Positions 47,815 through 60,635 of a stretch of 64,000 nucleotides of DNA are shown one piece after another. Position numbers and translations under genes: made by a program. The stretch is taken from NCBI GenBank assembly GCA_030390025.1, contig CM059432.1, positions 58,468,001-58,532,000 of the forward strand, read 5' to 3'. Position 1 is the stretch's first letter. Each line of letters starts with the position of its first letter. The notes beneath the pieces are model-generated. The model had not been told where the DNA came from. It worked only from the letters and a program-made list of their open reading frames with translations, and did no database searches. This DNA is from Squalus acanthias (Eukaryota).

Positions 47815-49467
47815 TGTAGAATTCGCAATATATCGCGATTTTATTAATAAGGAGAAAACACAGAGTTTCGTTCAAACAGCTTTTATTTCAGCAGAATGCT
47901 GCCAGGTTTTTCAAAGTGGACACAAGCAGCCTGTAAAATGGCCGCCGCACCTCGTGACAGAACATTCTAGACTTTTCGACAGGCAGACAAGATGGCGTTC
48001 CAATAAACATTTTTGCAAGATCGATTAAGATTCAGCACAGTGAAGATAATACACGAGACATTATGGGTTTGCAGTATACACATAAATACTGAAATCGGTC
48101 TCCCAGGTACGAATGAAAGCTATTGTACCGAGTAATCAAGGGCCCATCCAAAAGACATTAATATGTAAAATCCCAACGACTCTACGATGAGAGAGCCGTT
48201 AGCAGGTAGTTATACAAAACACTTGGAAGCCCCAAAACCCCTCCAGGGAGAACACCGACCGATTTAACAATGGGAGAAATATTAACAGGTACTCAGACAT
48301 TTACGAGTAGCCCCGAAACCCATTAAGAACGGAGATCACCCATACAAGACATTTGAGCGCCAGACCCAAACAAAAGAAAGGACATTAAGGTTGGGCGGGA
48401 AACGGAAGATTTTGTACTATAATTACAAGCTCCAACCGTCCATCTTTCTCTTATTCTCTTATCCGATCGACTCGTAACCTCGTGGCTGCTCCTGTGTTTT
48501 GACTCGTAGTCTGGTTCCTGCTTGCCTGGTGCCTCTTTGAAAAAGACTGTTGAACTTTCTGATCCGTTCGGATCTACCTCGTGTCGCGTAACGAAGACCT
48601 ATGTTGGTAACTGGCAGCGGAACCAAAGGCCCGAGATGAGATGAGATGAGATGAGATGAGATGAGATGAGAAGAGAGGAAGACCATACTCATCGCCACGG
48701 TCAGTAAATCCCGACCGCGCCTGTAGGTCGAATAGCCAAGTTTTCCTTGCCAGGAAGACTTCTTTGAACTTGCAAGAACGGTTCATCACCGATGATATTG
48801 ACTGGGCTGTGAAACCTGCTCGGAAAAGTACCTGTTAAACCAACCAACACAGATCTTCATCACAGCAGACGGTCCAGCCTGCTAGCCGGAGCAGAAGCAA
48901 GTAAACAAGTGGGACCAGGAGATCTCCTGACCGACACGTGGGTGCTGCGGTGAAAAACATCCGATCAGCTATTCGGAATTTCTCCGAGTTATCACGAGTG
49001 GTGAGCATGAGTCTCGAAATCCTACGAATCTAGCTAGGACAGATATTGATAGGGGAGGGTTTAAGTATTAAGGATACTTGTAATGTGTGCCCCTATTTAC
49101 GGTGTGTCGTTCGTTCCTCGTTTCCCTAGGATCAGCTATATAACTGCTTGTAAGATTGTACTGTCATTAATCTGTGCTTATGACATGTATTTCGTAATCT
49201 TAAATATCATGCAATAAAGATTTTCCATTTCGTACCATTCAACCGAGTCTACATGAGTTTCATCTCCATTACTGCTCTCGCATCTAAGTCCAGTGTCTAG
49301 AACCGTAAGGGCGAGTGATTCGAACCACTCACAGGTGTGTCTAGTGCTCCCAGACTGGCTGGAGACCAGAACAGGCAACAAGGCCTAAACCCGCACTGAC
49401 ATACAGGCTGCACAGAGCCGCGTGAATCTCACAGGCTGCGAGACACGCAGGGCCAGAATCCCTTACA
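47815..49467. mobile_element. Probable solo LTR (1653 bp; Gypsy/ERV type)
   Basis: TGTA...TACA termini; 4-bp TSD TTAT/TTTT; cleanly interrupts the CR1; TATAA ~48418, AATAAA ~49213; no recognisable coding sequence. Confidence 0.75.
48633..48670 (+). repeat. (GAGAT)n pentanucleotide microsatellite
   Basis: About 7 perfect units. Confidence 0.95.
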
Positions 49468-51052
49468 TTTTCCAATTCCCATTTGAAAGCCACAATTGAA
49501 TCTTTCAGGCAGTGCATTCCAGATCCTAACCACTCGCTGCGTAAAAAAGTTTTTCCTGATGTCGCCTTTGGTTCTTCTGCCAATCACCGTAAATCTGTGT
49601 CCCCTGGTTCTCGACCCGTCTGCCAATGGGAACAGTTTTGCTCTATCTACTCTGTCCAGACTCCTCATGATTTTGAACACCTCTATCAAATCTCCTTTCA
49701 ATTTTCTCTGCTCTAAGGAGAACAACCCCAGCTGCTCCAGCCTATCCACGTAACTGAAGTCCCTCATCTCTGGAATCAATCTCGTAAATCTTTTCTGCAC
49801 CCTCTCTAAGGCCTTCGCATCCTTCCTAAGGTGCGGTGCCCAGAATTGGACACAATAATCCAGTTGAGGCCGAACCAGTGTTTTATACAGGTTCATCATA
49901 ATTTCCATGCTTTTGTACTCTATACCTCTATTCGTGAAGCCCAGGTTCCTGTAAGCCATTTTAAATGCTTTCTCAACATGCCCTGCCACCTTCAACGATT
50001 TGTGCACATATACCCCAGGTCACTCTGTTCATGCACCCCCTTTAGGATTGTACCCTTTAGTTTATAATTCCTCTCTTCATTTTATCTACCAAAATGTATC
50101 ACTTCACACTTTTCTGCATTAAATTTCATCTGCCATGTGTCCGCCCATTCCACCAGCCTGTGTGTGTGCTCTTGAAGTCTATCACTATCCTCCTCACTGT
50201 TCACTATACTTCCAAGTTTTGATATTGTTCCCTGTACACCCACATCCAAGTCATTAATATATATCAAGAAAAGCAGTGGTCCTAGAACCGACTCCTGGGG
50301 AACACTACTGTATACCTTCCTCCAGTCTGAAAAACAACCGTTGACCACTACTCTCTGTTTCCTGTCACTAAGCCAATTTCGTATTCCATGGGCTTCAACT
50401 TTGCTGGCAAGCCTATTATGTGGCACTTTGTTGAATGCCTTTTGGAAATCCATGTACACCACATCAACCGCATTGCCCTCATCAACCCTCTCTGTTACCT
50501 CATCAAAAAACTCGATCAAGTTGGTTAAACACGACAATGGGAAGGAAGCTTGTGATTGAATTCACTGCCTCCGGTCATTCAAACAATTGAAATCTAAAAC
50601 ATCCCACTGTTCTTGTCTTAGCCTTGTGAAATGCAGTACAGACACCCTGGTCTGGTCTCTGAGCTGATGGCTTTTCTTTGAGAAATACTCCGTGTGACCT
50701 TGGGTTTTAATCTCCTACATGCTGTTTCTAGCAATAAATAATACAAGATAAAAAATCAACACAGAGAAAAATCAATTTTGTTACAACAGGTAACGGTTAC
50801 TTCTATCAAACTATACTTCAATTAAAAATATATTAGTTGCATAACTGTGTCAGAATGTGCAGACCGTTTCTATAAATCTTGTTCTATAGTAATTAGATGG
50901 TTCATTACGTATGTATCTTGTCCGTGTAGACAGCTCACCCTGAAGTTTCTACGGGCAGTTTTCATATGAGAAGCAAAATCAAAAATACTTCAGATTTATT
51001 CTATAAAACAGCATCTTGTCAGGGAAATATTTACAGGCATGTGTAACTCCTT

Positions 51053-51825
51053 GGGGGAAAAATTCAGCTGCTTGCGCCTCCCGTTAGCGCCTTAAATGGG
51101 CGCTAATGGGGCGTAAAGCAGCTAACGCCCGGGCGCAGCGCCGCCCACGCCTCCCGAAAAATTTAGTGGGAGGTTAGCGGCGGCGGCAGCCGGTAGCGCC
51201 CTGTGGCGCTGCGCCGCCGGCGATGACGTCATCGCCGTGCGCAGCGCCCCGCTCGCGCCCCGGCCGTGATCTTCAGTCGCGCCCCCTGATTTACCGCCAG
51301 ACGCTATGTCCGACGGGTTCAGGGGGGCGTACGTGCGGCCGGGGCGGCGATATTTAAAGGGGAGGTGGCAGGCGGCCATTTTTGTTGCTGGCCGCCTGCC
51401 AGCACCTGCCCCCGTTGCTGTCCCCGGCCCCCGTGAAGCCCCCCCACCGTGAAGTGCCGGCTGCGCTCCAAGAGCCCGGCACTTCTCTTGAGTGCCGGGC
51501 TCTTTTGCCGGCACTCCCGATCCCTGGGAGCCCAGCTGGGCCCCGGTTCGCGCTGCGCAAGGCCCCTCCCCTTTAAGAAGGGGAGGAAGGCCTGCAATAC
51601 CGCGGCGCGACGTGCCGCAGCGCGTGGCGCTGCGGCACGTAGCGCCAGGATATTCACTCGCAGCGCCCCAAGAGGGATGCGGGGTGCTTCCAGTTGCGCC
51701 CCGCTTCCCTCTTGGGGCGCAACCACTGAAGTTCCGGCGCGGGGCCGCTAATTTTTTCGGGGCGCTAAAAGTCGCGCCCCGGCGAGGTTAGCGCCCCAAA
51801 TGGGGCGCGACTCAATTTTTACCCC
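51053..51825 (+). mobile_element. Harbinger-type MITE, GC-rich family, CpG-rich
   Basis: TIR GGGGGAAAAATT/AATTTTTACCCC; CTT TSD. Confidence 0.9.
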
Positions 51826-52629
51826 CTTTAGTTTTGACATTCCCATACTAACCTAAATTCAGAACTGTATACAAATCCAGAATTAATCCCCAATCATCTT
51901 TATACTTTATATATTTTTTATTTTCAAAAAAGCTATGTAACCTTGAGCACAAGACCAAATGTGTATGCCCCATGTTTCCTTATCACAAATTAGAGAGTTA
52001 TTTTTCATCCTGTCATATTGACCTATAAGTAAATAAAAATAGCAATGAATAAAAACCTTACTTAACCTTAAGACATCTAAAATATGCCAAACTTCAGCAG
52101 TTTGTCCTCTAAAAATTAACACAGCAGGAATAAGATCATTTTGTAAGTATTATTGCCAAGGGTGCTTTCATTTCTTGAAAACATAGTGACAGCAACATAA
52201 GATAATACATACTGTGCATAACATTTCCTTATAATGAACAGTATGTTCTTTTTCTGTAAACTCGCAAGAACGACATGAAAGTGCCCCACTTTGAGTGTCC
52301 TGCTGCACTGATCTTATTTGTCAGATTAGCAGAAAAACCCACAAGGGACGAGAAAAGTGATACCTCAAAACTATAACTTGACAAAAAAAATTACAATGTC
52401 AAATTTTAAAGACGCTCTTGAGGGGACAAGAGCCACAAGAACTTCCTATACACAGCAACTGGCAGCTTCAGAAATACAACTTATTAATGGCATAGAACTT
52501 TGTCCTTGAATGAGAAGTCTACATAAGAACAAAGTTTCTAAAATGTATTCTTTAAGATTAAAAGGAGTTGAAACCTAAAATTGAATCTCAGAATTTTTAA
52601 TATTACCTAACCATCTCCTCGCAACTAGA

Positions 52630-53326
52630 TTATAGAATCATAGAATCATAGAAGATAGGAGCAGGAGTAGGCCATTCGGCCCCTCTAGCCTGCTCCGCCA
52701 TTCAATGCGATCATGGCTGATCATCCAAATTCAGTACCCTGTCCCTGCTTTCTCCCCATATCCCTTGATCCCTTTAGCCTTAAGAAATATATCCAACTCC
52801 TTCTTGAATCTATTTAATGAATTGGCCGTCTACTGCCTTCTGTGGCAGAGAATTCCACAGGTTCACCACCCTCTGGGTGAAGAAATTCCTCCTCATTTCT
52901 GTCCTAAATGGCTTACCCCTTATCCTTAGACTGTGACCCCTGGTTCTGGACTCCCCGACCATCAGGAACATCCTTCCTGCATCTAGTTTGTCCTGTCCTG
53001 TCAGAATTTTATAAGTTTCAATGAGATCCCCTCTCATTCTTCTAAACTCCAGCGAGTATAAGCCCAATCGACCCAATCTCTCTTCATACGTCATTCCTGC
53101 CATCCCAGGTATCAGCCTTGTGAATCTGCGCTGAACTCCTTCCATGGCAAGAACATCCTTCCTCAGATAAGGCGACCAAAACTGCACACAGTACTCAAGG
53201 TGTGGTCTCACCAAGGCCCTGTATAACTGCAGCAAGATATCCTTGTTCCTGTACTCAAACCCTCTCGCTATGTAGGCCAACATACCATTTGCCTTCTTAA
53301 CCGCCTGCTGCACCTGCATGCTTACT
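52630..53326 (-). mobile_element. 5'-truncated CR1 (same family as 1-2066)
   Basis: QVSMQVQQAVKKANGMLA...; highly similar 3' UTR; (CTATGATT) tail. Confidence 0.93.
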
Positions 53327-53865
53327 TGAAATAATCCCTTGCTATAATAATACAACTTTCTGAGAGGAACATGGGAACATAGGAACAGGAGTAGGCCATT
53401 CAGCCCCTCGAGCCTGCTCTGCCATTCAATGAGATCATGGCTGATCTGCGATCTAACTCCAAATACCCGCCTTTGGCCCATATCCCTTAATACCTTTGGT
53501 TAACAGAAAGCTATCAATCTCAGATTTAAAATTAACAATTGATCTAGCATCAATTGCATTTGCAGAAGAGAGTTCCAAACTTCTACCACCCTTTGTGTGT
53601 AGAAGTGTTTCCCAATTTCACTCCTGAAAGGTCTGGCTCTAATTTTTAGACTATGCCCCCTAGTCCTAGACTCCCCAACCAGTGGAAATAGTTTCTCTCT
53701 ATCTACCCTATCTGTTCCCCTTAATAACCTGAAACCTTCGATCAGATCGCGCCTTAACCTTCTAAATTCTAGGGAATACAACCCTAATTTGTGCAATCTC
53801 TCCTCGAAACCCTTGATGTCCGGGTATCATTCTGGTAAACCTACGCTGCACTCCCTCCAAGGCCA

Positions 53866-56220
53866 CGGACATTTAAGGAGATATTTCATAACTCTCAACA
53901 AAAATATATTCCAGTGAGAAAGAAAGATTTTAAGAGAAGGGAGCACCATCCGTGGCTAACTAAGGAAGTAAAGGATGGTATCAAATTGAAAACGAAGGCA
54001 TACAATGTTGCCAAGATTGGTGGGAGACCAGAGGATTGGGAAATTTTTAAAAACCAGCAAAGGATGACTAAAAAAAAATAAAGAGAGAGAAGATGAATTA
54101 TGAGAGTAAGCTGGCAAGAAACATTAAAACAGATAGTAAGAGCTTCTACAGGTATATAAAAAGGAAGAGGGTAGCTCAAGTAAACATTGGTCCCTTAGAG
54201 GATGAGACTGGGGAATTAATAATGGGGAACGGGGAAATGGCAGAGACTCTGAACAAATATTTTGTATCTGTCTTCACTGTAGAAGACACTAACAACATCC
54301 CAATAATGGATAATCAAGGGGCCACAGGGAGTGGGGAACTAAAGACAATCACTATCACTAAGGAAATAGTACTCGGTAAAATAATAGGACTAAAAGACGA
54401 CAAGTCCCCTGGACCAGATGGCCTGCATCCCAGGGTCTTAAAAGAAGTGGCTGCAGAGATAGTGGATGCATTATACCAAAATTCCCTGGACTCTGGAGAG
54501 GTCCCAACGGATTGGAAAACCGCTAATGTAACACCCCTATTTAAGAAAGGAGGGAGACAGAAAGCAGGAAACTATAGACCAATTAGCCTAACATCTGTTG
54601 TTGGGAAAATGCTGGAGTCCTTCATTAAGGAAGCAGTAGCAGGGCATTTAGAAAAACATACTGCAGTGAAACACAGTCAGCATGGTTTTAGGAAAGGGAA
54701 ATCATGTTTAACAAATTTGCTGGACTGTCTGTGTGGAGTTTGCACATTCTCCCCGTGTCTGCGTGGGTTTCCTCCGGGTGCTCTGGTTTCCTCCCACAGT
54801 CCAAAGATGTGCGGGTTAGGTTGATTTGGCTATGATAAATTGACCCTTAGTGTTAGGGGGGATTAAATACGTGGGGTTATGGGGATAGGGTGGGATATGT
54901 GTCGGTGCAGGCTCGATGGGCCGAAATGGCCTCTATCTGCACTGTGGGGGTTCTGTGATTCTGTGATTCTGTGATTCTTTGAGGATGTAACAAGCAGGGT
55001 GCACAAGGGTGAGCCAGTGGATGTGGTGTATTTGGATTTCCAGAAGGCATTCGATAAGGTGCCACATAAAAGGTTACTGCATAAGATAAGAGCTCACGGA
55101 GTTGGGGGTAATATATTAGCATGGATAGAGAATTGGCTAACTAACAGAAAGCAGAAAGTCGGGATAAATGGGTTATTTTCTGGTTGGCAAATGGTAACTA
55201 GTGGGGTGCCACAAGGATCGGTGCTGGGGCCCCAACTATTTACAATCTACATTAATGACTTGGATGAAGAGATCGAGTGTAATGTAGCCAAGTTTGCAGA
55301 TGATACAAAGATGGGTGGGAAAGCAAGTTGTGCAGAGGACTCAAAGAATCTGCAAAGGGATATAGACAGGCTAGGTGAGTGGGCAAACATTTGGCAGATG
55401 GAGTATAATGTGGGAAAGTGTGAGGTTATCCACTTTGGCAGGAAAAATAAAAAAGCAATCTATTATTTAAATGGAGAGAGATTACAAAATGCTACAGTTC
55501 AGAGGGACCTGGGGGTCCTTGTGCATGAAACACAAAAAGCTAGCATGCAGGTACAGCAAGTAATTAAAAAGGCAAATGGAATGTTGGCCTTTATTTCAAG
55601 GGGGTTGGAGTATAAAAGCAGGGAAGTCCTGCTACAACTGTACAAGGTATTGGTGAGACCACACCTTGAGTACTGCATACAGTTTTGGTCTCCTTATTTA
55701 AGGAAGGATATACTTGCATTGGAGGCAGTTCAGAGACGATTCACTAGGTTAATTCCAGAGATCAGGGGGTTGACTTATGAGGAAAGGTTGAGCAGGCTGG
55801 GCCTATACTCATTGGAATTTAGAAGAATGAGAGGTGATCTTATCGAAACATATAAGATACTGAGGGGGCTCGACAGAGTAGATGCAGAGAGGATGTTTCC
55901 CTTCATGGGGAAATCTAGAACGCGGGGGCACAGCCTCAGAATAAAGGGTCGCCCTTTTAGAACTGAGATAAGGAGGAACTTCTTCTCTCAGAGGGTCATA
56001 AATTTGTGGAATTCTCTGCCCCAGAGAGTTGTGGAGGCTGGGTCATTAAATACATTTAAAGTGGAGATAGACAAATTTTTGTAAGATAACGGAATGAAAG
56101 GTTAGGGGGAGTGGGCTGGGAAGTGGCTTTGAGCCCACGATCAGCCATGATCTTGTTGAATGGCGGAGCAGGCTCGAGGGGCCAAGTGGCCTATTCCTGC
56201 TCCTATTTCTTATGTTCTTA
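53866..56220 (+). mobile_element. 5'-truncated CR1 LINE nested in the opposite-strand CR1
   Basis: RT ORFs 54093-54724 and 54999-56084; 3' UTR; TATGTTCT tail. Confidence 0.93.
54725..54974 (+). mobile_element. 5'-truncated V-SINE (HE1-like)
   Basis: V-domain CTGTGTGGAGTTTGCACATTCTCCCCGTGTCTGCGTGGGTTTCCTCCGGGTGCTC; CR1-like tail GGGCCGAAATGGCCT...(GATTCTGT)n; splits the LLE/FFED codons. Confidence 0.88.
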
Positions 56221-57452
56221 ATATATCCTTCCTAAGGTGTGGTGCCCAGAACCACTCACAGTACTCCAGGTGTGGTCTAACCAGGGTTTTGTACAGCTGA
56301 AGCATAACTTCTACCCCCTTGTATTCTATTCCTCTAGATATAAAGGCCAGCATTCCATTAGCCTTTTTGATTATTTTCTGCACCTGTCATGACATTTTTA
56401 CAATCTATGTACCTGGACCACTTTAGCCTTTCACCATTTAGAAAGTATCCTGTTCTATCCTTTTTAGGTTCAAAGTAGATGACCTCACATTTGCTTACAT
56501 TGAAATGCATTTGCCACAGTTTTGTCCATTCATTTAATCTGTCGATATCCCTTTGTAATTTTATGCTTCCATCTACACTGCCTACAATGCCACCTATCTT
56601 TGTGTCATCGGCAAATTTGGATATATGGCTTTCTATGCCATCATCTAAGTCGTTAATAGATACTGTGAATAGTTGAGGCCCCAACACAGATCCCTGCGGG
56701 ACACCACTAGTCACTTTCTGGCAATTTGAGTACCTACCCATTATCCCTACTCTCTGTCTCCTGCCGCTAAGCCAATTTCCTAACCAGGTCAATAATTTGC
56801 TCTCAATTCCATGGGCTTCTACCTTAGTTAACAGTCTCTTATGAGGGACTTTATCAAATGCTTTCTGGAAGTCCATGTAAATAACATCCATAGACATTCC
56901 CCTGTCCACTACTTTAGTCACCTGCTCAAAAAATTCAATCAGGTTTGTCAGGCATGACCTACCTTTCACAAATCCATGCTGGCTCTCTGATCAACTGAAA
57001 ATTTTCGAGGAGTTCTGTCACCTTATCCTTAATTATCGACTCTAGTAATTTCCCAACAACAGATGTTAGACTAACTGGTCTACAATTCCCTGGCTTCCCT
57101 CTCTCACCATTTTTAAATAGCGGAGTGACATGCGCAATTTTCCAATCTAAAGGAAAGGTTCCTGAATCGAGAGAACTTTGGAAAATTATAGTTAAGGCAT
57201 CTGCAATGTGCTCACCTACTTCCTCTAAAACCCTGGGATGGAAACCATTGGCCCTGGGGATTTGTCACTCTTTAGTGCCATTATTTTCTTCATTACTGTT
57301 ATTTTACTTACGTTAATTTTATTGAGTCCCTGTCCCTGATTCAATATTAGTTTCCTTGGGATTTCTGGCACGTTATCCTCTTCCTTTACTGTAAATACTG
57401 ATGCAAAGTAATTATTCAACATGTCCGCCATTTCCTTTTTATCATTGATTAT

Positions 57453-58219
57453 GGGGCAGAAATTAGGCTCGCCACGGGTGAGTACGCACTATGTACTCAC
57501 CCGTGGACGGAACGAAAGTGTCGGTTTCTTGCATGCACTGCACATGCGCGGGAAACCGGCACTTCCGTTCCCCTGAAGGAAGGGGTTCAGAGATCGAACG
57601 CGCACGCCGGAGGGCCAGCGCGTTCACCTCGCACTTCGGGTTTTTTTTACAGGTTCCTCCGTGAGGGTAAGCACGGAGAAGATGCACATTGAAAAAGGAG
57701 GCGCAAGGCCTTCTTTTAACAAGGTAAGTGTTGATTTTATTAAAATTTAAACATTTTTTTCACAGATTTATCTTTTTTAATTACTTTAAAGAAAGGTAAG
57801 TTTAGTTTTAGCCCCGTTAAAAAGTGTAATTAATTTTTTCAAAAATTTAAATTTTTGTTTAAAATAGTTAATTAATGTAATTTATAGTTATTTTAAAAAT
57901 GCGATGTTTTTAAAAAAAATTATTTGTAGTTTTAGGGATGTTTTGGGGCTGATCTGTATTCATAGATTTGACAGGTCTTCCTGTCAAATCTATGAATGAA
58001 AGATGGTCTGCTGCCATTGGCTCTCCATGTCCCACGTGATCCCAGGGGACGCATCGCACTAACTACGCCCCTGGGATACGCAAGCACTGCGCGCCGGCAG
58101 TTGGAGGAGGCCCAGGAGCCGAATTCCCCGCGGGCCCAGGGGTCAACGGCAGGCGCGGTAGGTAAGTGCACGCGCGATCCTTGCACCCGTGGGAAGTCAG
58201 GGAGCCGAATTTCTGGCCC
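57453..58219 (+). mobile_element. Harbinger-type MITE, AT-core family, copy 3, inserted in CR1 ORF2
   Basis: TIR GGGGCAGAAATT/AATTTCTGGCCC; TAT/AAT TSD. Confidence 0.9.
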
Positions 58220-59219
58220 AATATCACCGCTTTCAGTTTTCAAGGGGCCAACATTGCTCCTGACCACCCTCTTTTCCTAATATAATTGTAAAAAAAATTG
58301 TGTTGATTTTGATATCCCTTGCAAGTTTCCTTTCATACTCCCTTTTTGTAGCACTTACTATCTGTTCTGTGACCCTTTACTGTTCTTTGTACCTTTCCCA
58401 TTCGCCAGGATCTGTGCTATTTTTTGCATTTTTGTATGCTTTTTCTTTTAGTTTAATGCTGTCCCTTACCTCTTTAGCCATCCATGACTGTTTTTTTGTC
58501 AAGTCGAGCTCTTGCCCCTCAGGGGTATGAACTGGTTCTGTATCACCTTAAATTCTTATTTGAACATCTCCCACTGATCTTCTGTTGTTTTACCTATTAA
58601 CAGATTTGCCCAGTTTACTGTGGACAGTCTCTGCCTCATCCCTTTGAAGTCGGCTTTACCCAAATCGAGAATCTTAGTAGCTGTTTCACGTTTCTCCCTT
58701 TCAAATACTACGTTGAACTCGATCATGATTGCTATTGGATAAATGTTCATGCACAGTTAAGCTGTTAACTAAATCTGGCTCATTACTTGTTACTATATCT
58801 AATATGGCTTGCCCCCTTGTTGCCTCTAGGACATATTGTTGTAGAAAACTATTCCGGACACACTCAAGAAATTCACTACCTTTCTGACAGGTGCTAATCT
58901 GCTTATCCCAATCTATGTGAAAGTTAAAATCCCCCATTAAAACCACTCTGCCTTTACTACATGCTTGTCTAATCTCTGCATTTATACAATCTAGTACTTT
59001 ACAGCTGCTACCAGGAGGCCTAAACACAACTCCCACTACAGTCTTAGATCCTTTCCTATTTCTTAATTCTACCTATAAAGTCTCCACTGCCTGCTTACCT
59101 CTCATTATATCCTCTCTTATCATTGAAGTGAAGTGATTTCATCCTAATCACTAAGGCTACTCCTCCCCCTCTGCCATTTTCCCTATCTTTCCTGTAGACC
59201 TTATAACCTGGTATATTTA

Positions 59220-59364
59220 CATAAGAACATAAGAAATAGGAGCAGGAGTAGGCTATTTGGCCCCTTGAGCCTGCTCTGCCATTCAATAAGATCATGGCTG
59301 ATCTTCTACCTCATCTCCACTTTCCTACACTATCCCCATATCCCTTGATTCCCCTAATATCCAA
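59220..59364 (-). mobile_element. Short CR1 3' tail inserted in the endonuclease region
   Basis: Removal restores GQDWEL-NIPGYKVYRKD. Confidence 0.85.
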
Positions 59365-59693
59365 TAGTTCCCAGTCCTGACCGTCTTGCAGCCATGTCTT
59401 AGTAATGGTTACCATGTCATACCTTCCAATTTGAATTTGCGCCTGCAGTTCATTCAATTTATTCTTTATGCTCCGTGCGTTTGTATAAAGAACGCTTATT
59501 TGGGCCACACACCCGTGCCTGTCCTTCGGCTCTGATGTTTTTCTCATCTGGTTTAATCACTTTACATCTTTTAGTTTTCCCTTTACCTGTAGTGCCTAAA
59601 GCACAATTTCTGACTGTTACTCTACTCTCTTCCCTTTCGTTTGTTTTTGAACTATTTTTACTACTATTTCCCCCTGAGCCCTCCCCCCATTTA

Positions 59694-60635
59694 CTAGTTT
59701 AAAGTCCTTGTGACCGCCCTATTTATCCTTTCCGCTAGGGTCCTGGTCCCAGTCTGGTTCAGGTGGCGCTCGTCCCAATGGTACAGTTCCTTCCTCTCCC
59801 GATACTGGTGCCAGTGCCCCATGAAATGGAACCCCTCTTTCCCACACCACTCCTTTAGCCACATGTTTGCTTCCCTAATCAGCTTATCCCTACGCCAATT
59901 TGCATGTGGCTCAGGTAGTAATCCAGAGATTATAACCCTTGAGGTCCTGTTCTTTAATTTAGCTCCTAGTTCCTGGTACTCCCCAAACAGGACCTCTTGC
60001 CTACTCTTCCCTATGTTGTTGGTCCCAACATGGACCACAACCACTGGATCCTCCTCCTCCCTCTCCAGTATCCTTTCAAGCCAGTTCAAGATGTCCCTCA
60101 CCCTGGCACCAGGTAGGCAACATACCATGTGGGACTCTCGATCCTGCCTACAAAGGATGCTATCTGTCTCCCTAATTATAGAATCCCCTACAACTACCAC
60201 ATTGCGCTTCCTCTTCTCGTCCTCCTCCCCCCTTAGGACAGCCTTCTGTTCCAAAGTGCCATGGTCCCCATTCTGGCTGTCCTTCCGACAGTCTTTATCC
60301 TAATCCTCACAGGTAGCAAGTACATTGTACCTGTTGGATAGGATCAGTTTCTGTGGATCCTCTTTCTCTTTCTTACCTGGGTTCCCCTTACTCTGCACAC
60401 TATCGGTCACACCAACCCCATTCTGATCCTGCACCTCTCTACGAGGTGTGACCGAGGTCTGGAGCAAACTGTCCAGATACTCCTCCCCCTCCCTTATGTG
60501 TCGGAGTGTCTCCAACTCGCACTCCAGCTCAATGATTCTGAGCCGGTGAGATTCGAAATGGAGACCTCTACTGCAAATGTGTTCACTTGGGACAGTCTTG
60601 CTGTCCACAAACGCCCAAAAAAGAGAGAGTTCCAC
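59694..60635 (-). pseudogene. CR1 ORF1 with SGNH/GDSL esterase domain (59694-60254) and upstream coiled-coil region
   Basis: VVVVGDSIIR, CCLPGARV, VVVHVGTNN, D..HLN..G motifs; LRIIELECELETLR heptads; stop codon near 60300. Confidence 0.88.

Larger units (their letters stand above)
47658..50533 (-). mobile_element. 5'-truncated CR1 LINE split by an LTR insertion
   Basis: RT ORFs 50082-50537 and 49429-50007; 3' UTR and (CTATGATT) tail at 47658-47814. Confidence 0.92.
53365..60635 (-). mobile_element. Near-full-length CR1 LINE (ORF1, endonuclease, RT, tail) broken by three insertions
   Basis: 56221 and 53865 join in frame as LRKDI-LALEGVQRR; APE start LYTNARSIKNK at 59547; ORF1 upstream. Confidence 0.88.

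Noticed and set aside
51122..51791. Several overlapping ORFs in the GC-rich MITE (also 24159-24677)
   Set aside because: Stop-poor GC-rich DNA; no domain and no frame shared between copies
52810..53481. Single 223-aa RT gene (similarly ORFs 61516-62034 and 62705-63178)
   Set aside because: Chance in-frame read-through across junctions of separate CR1 fragments
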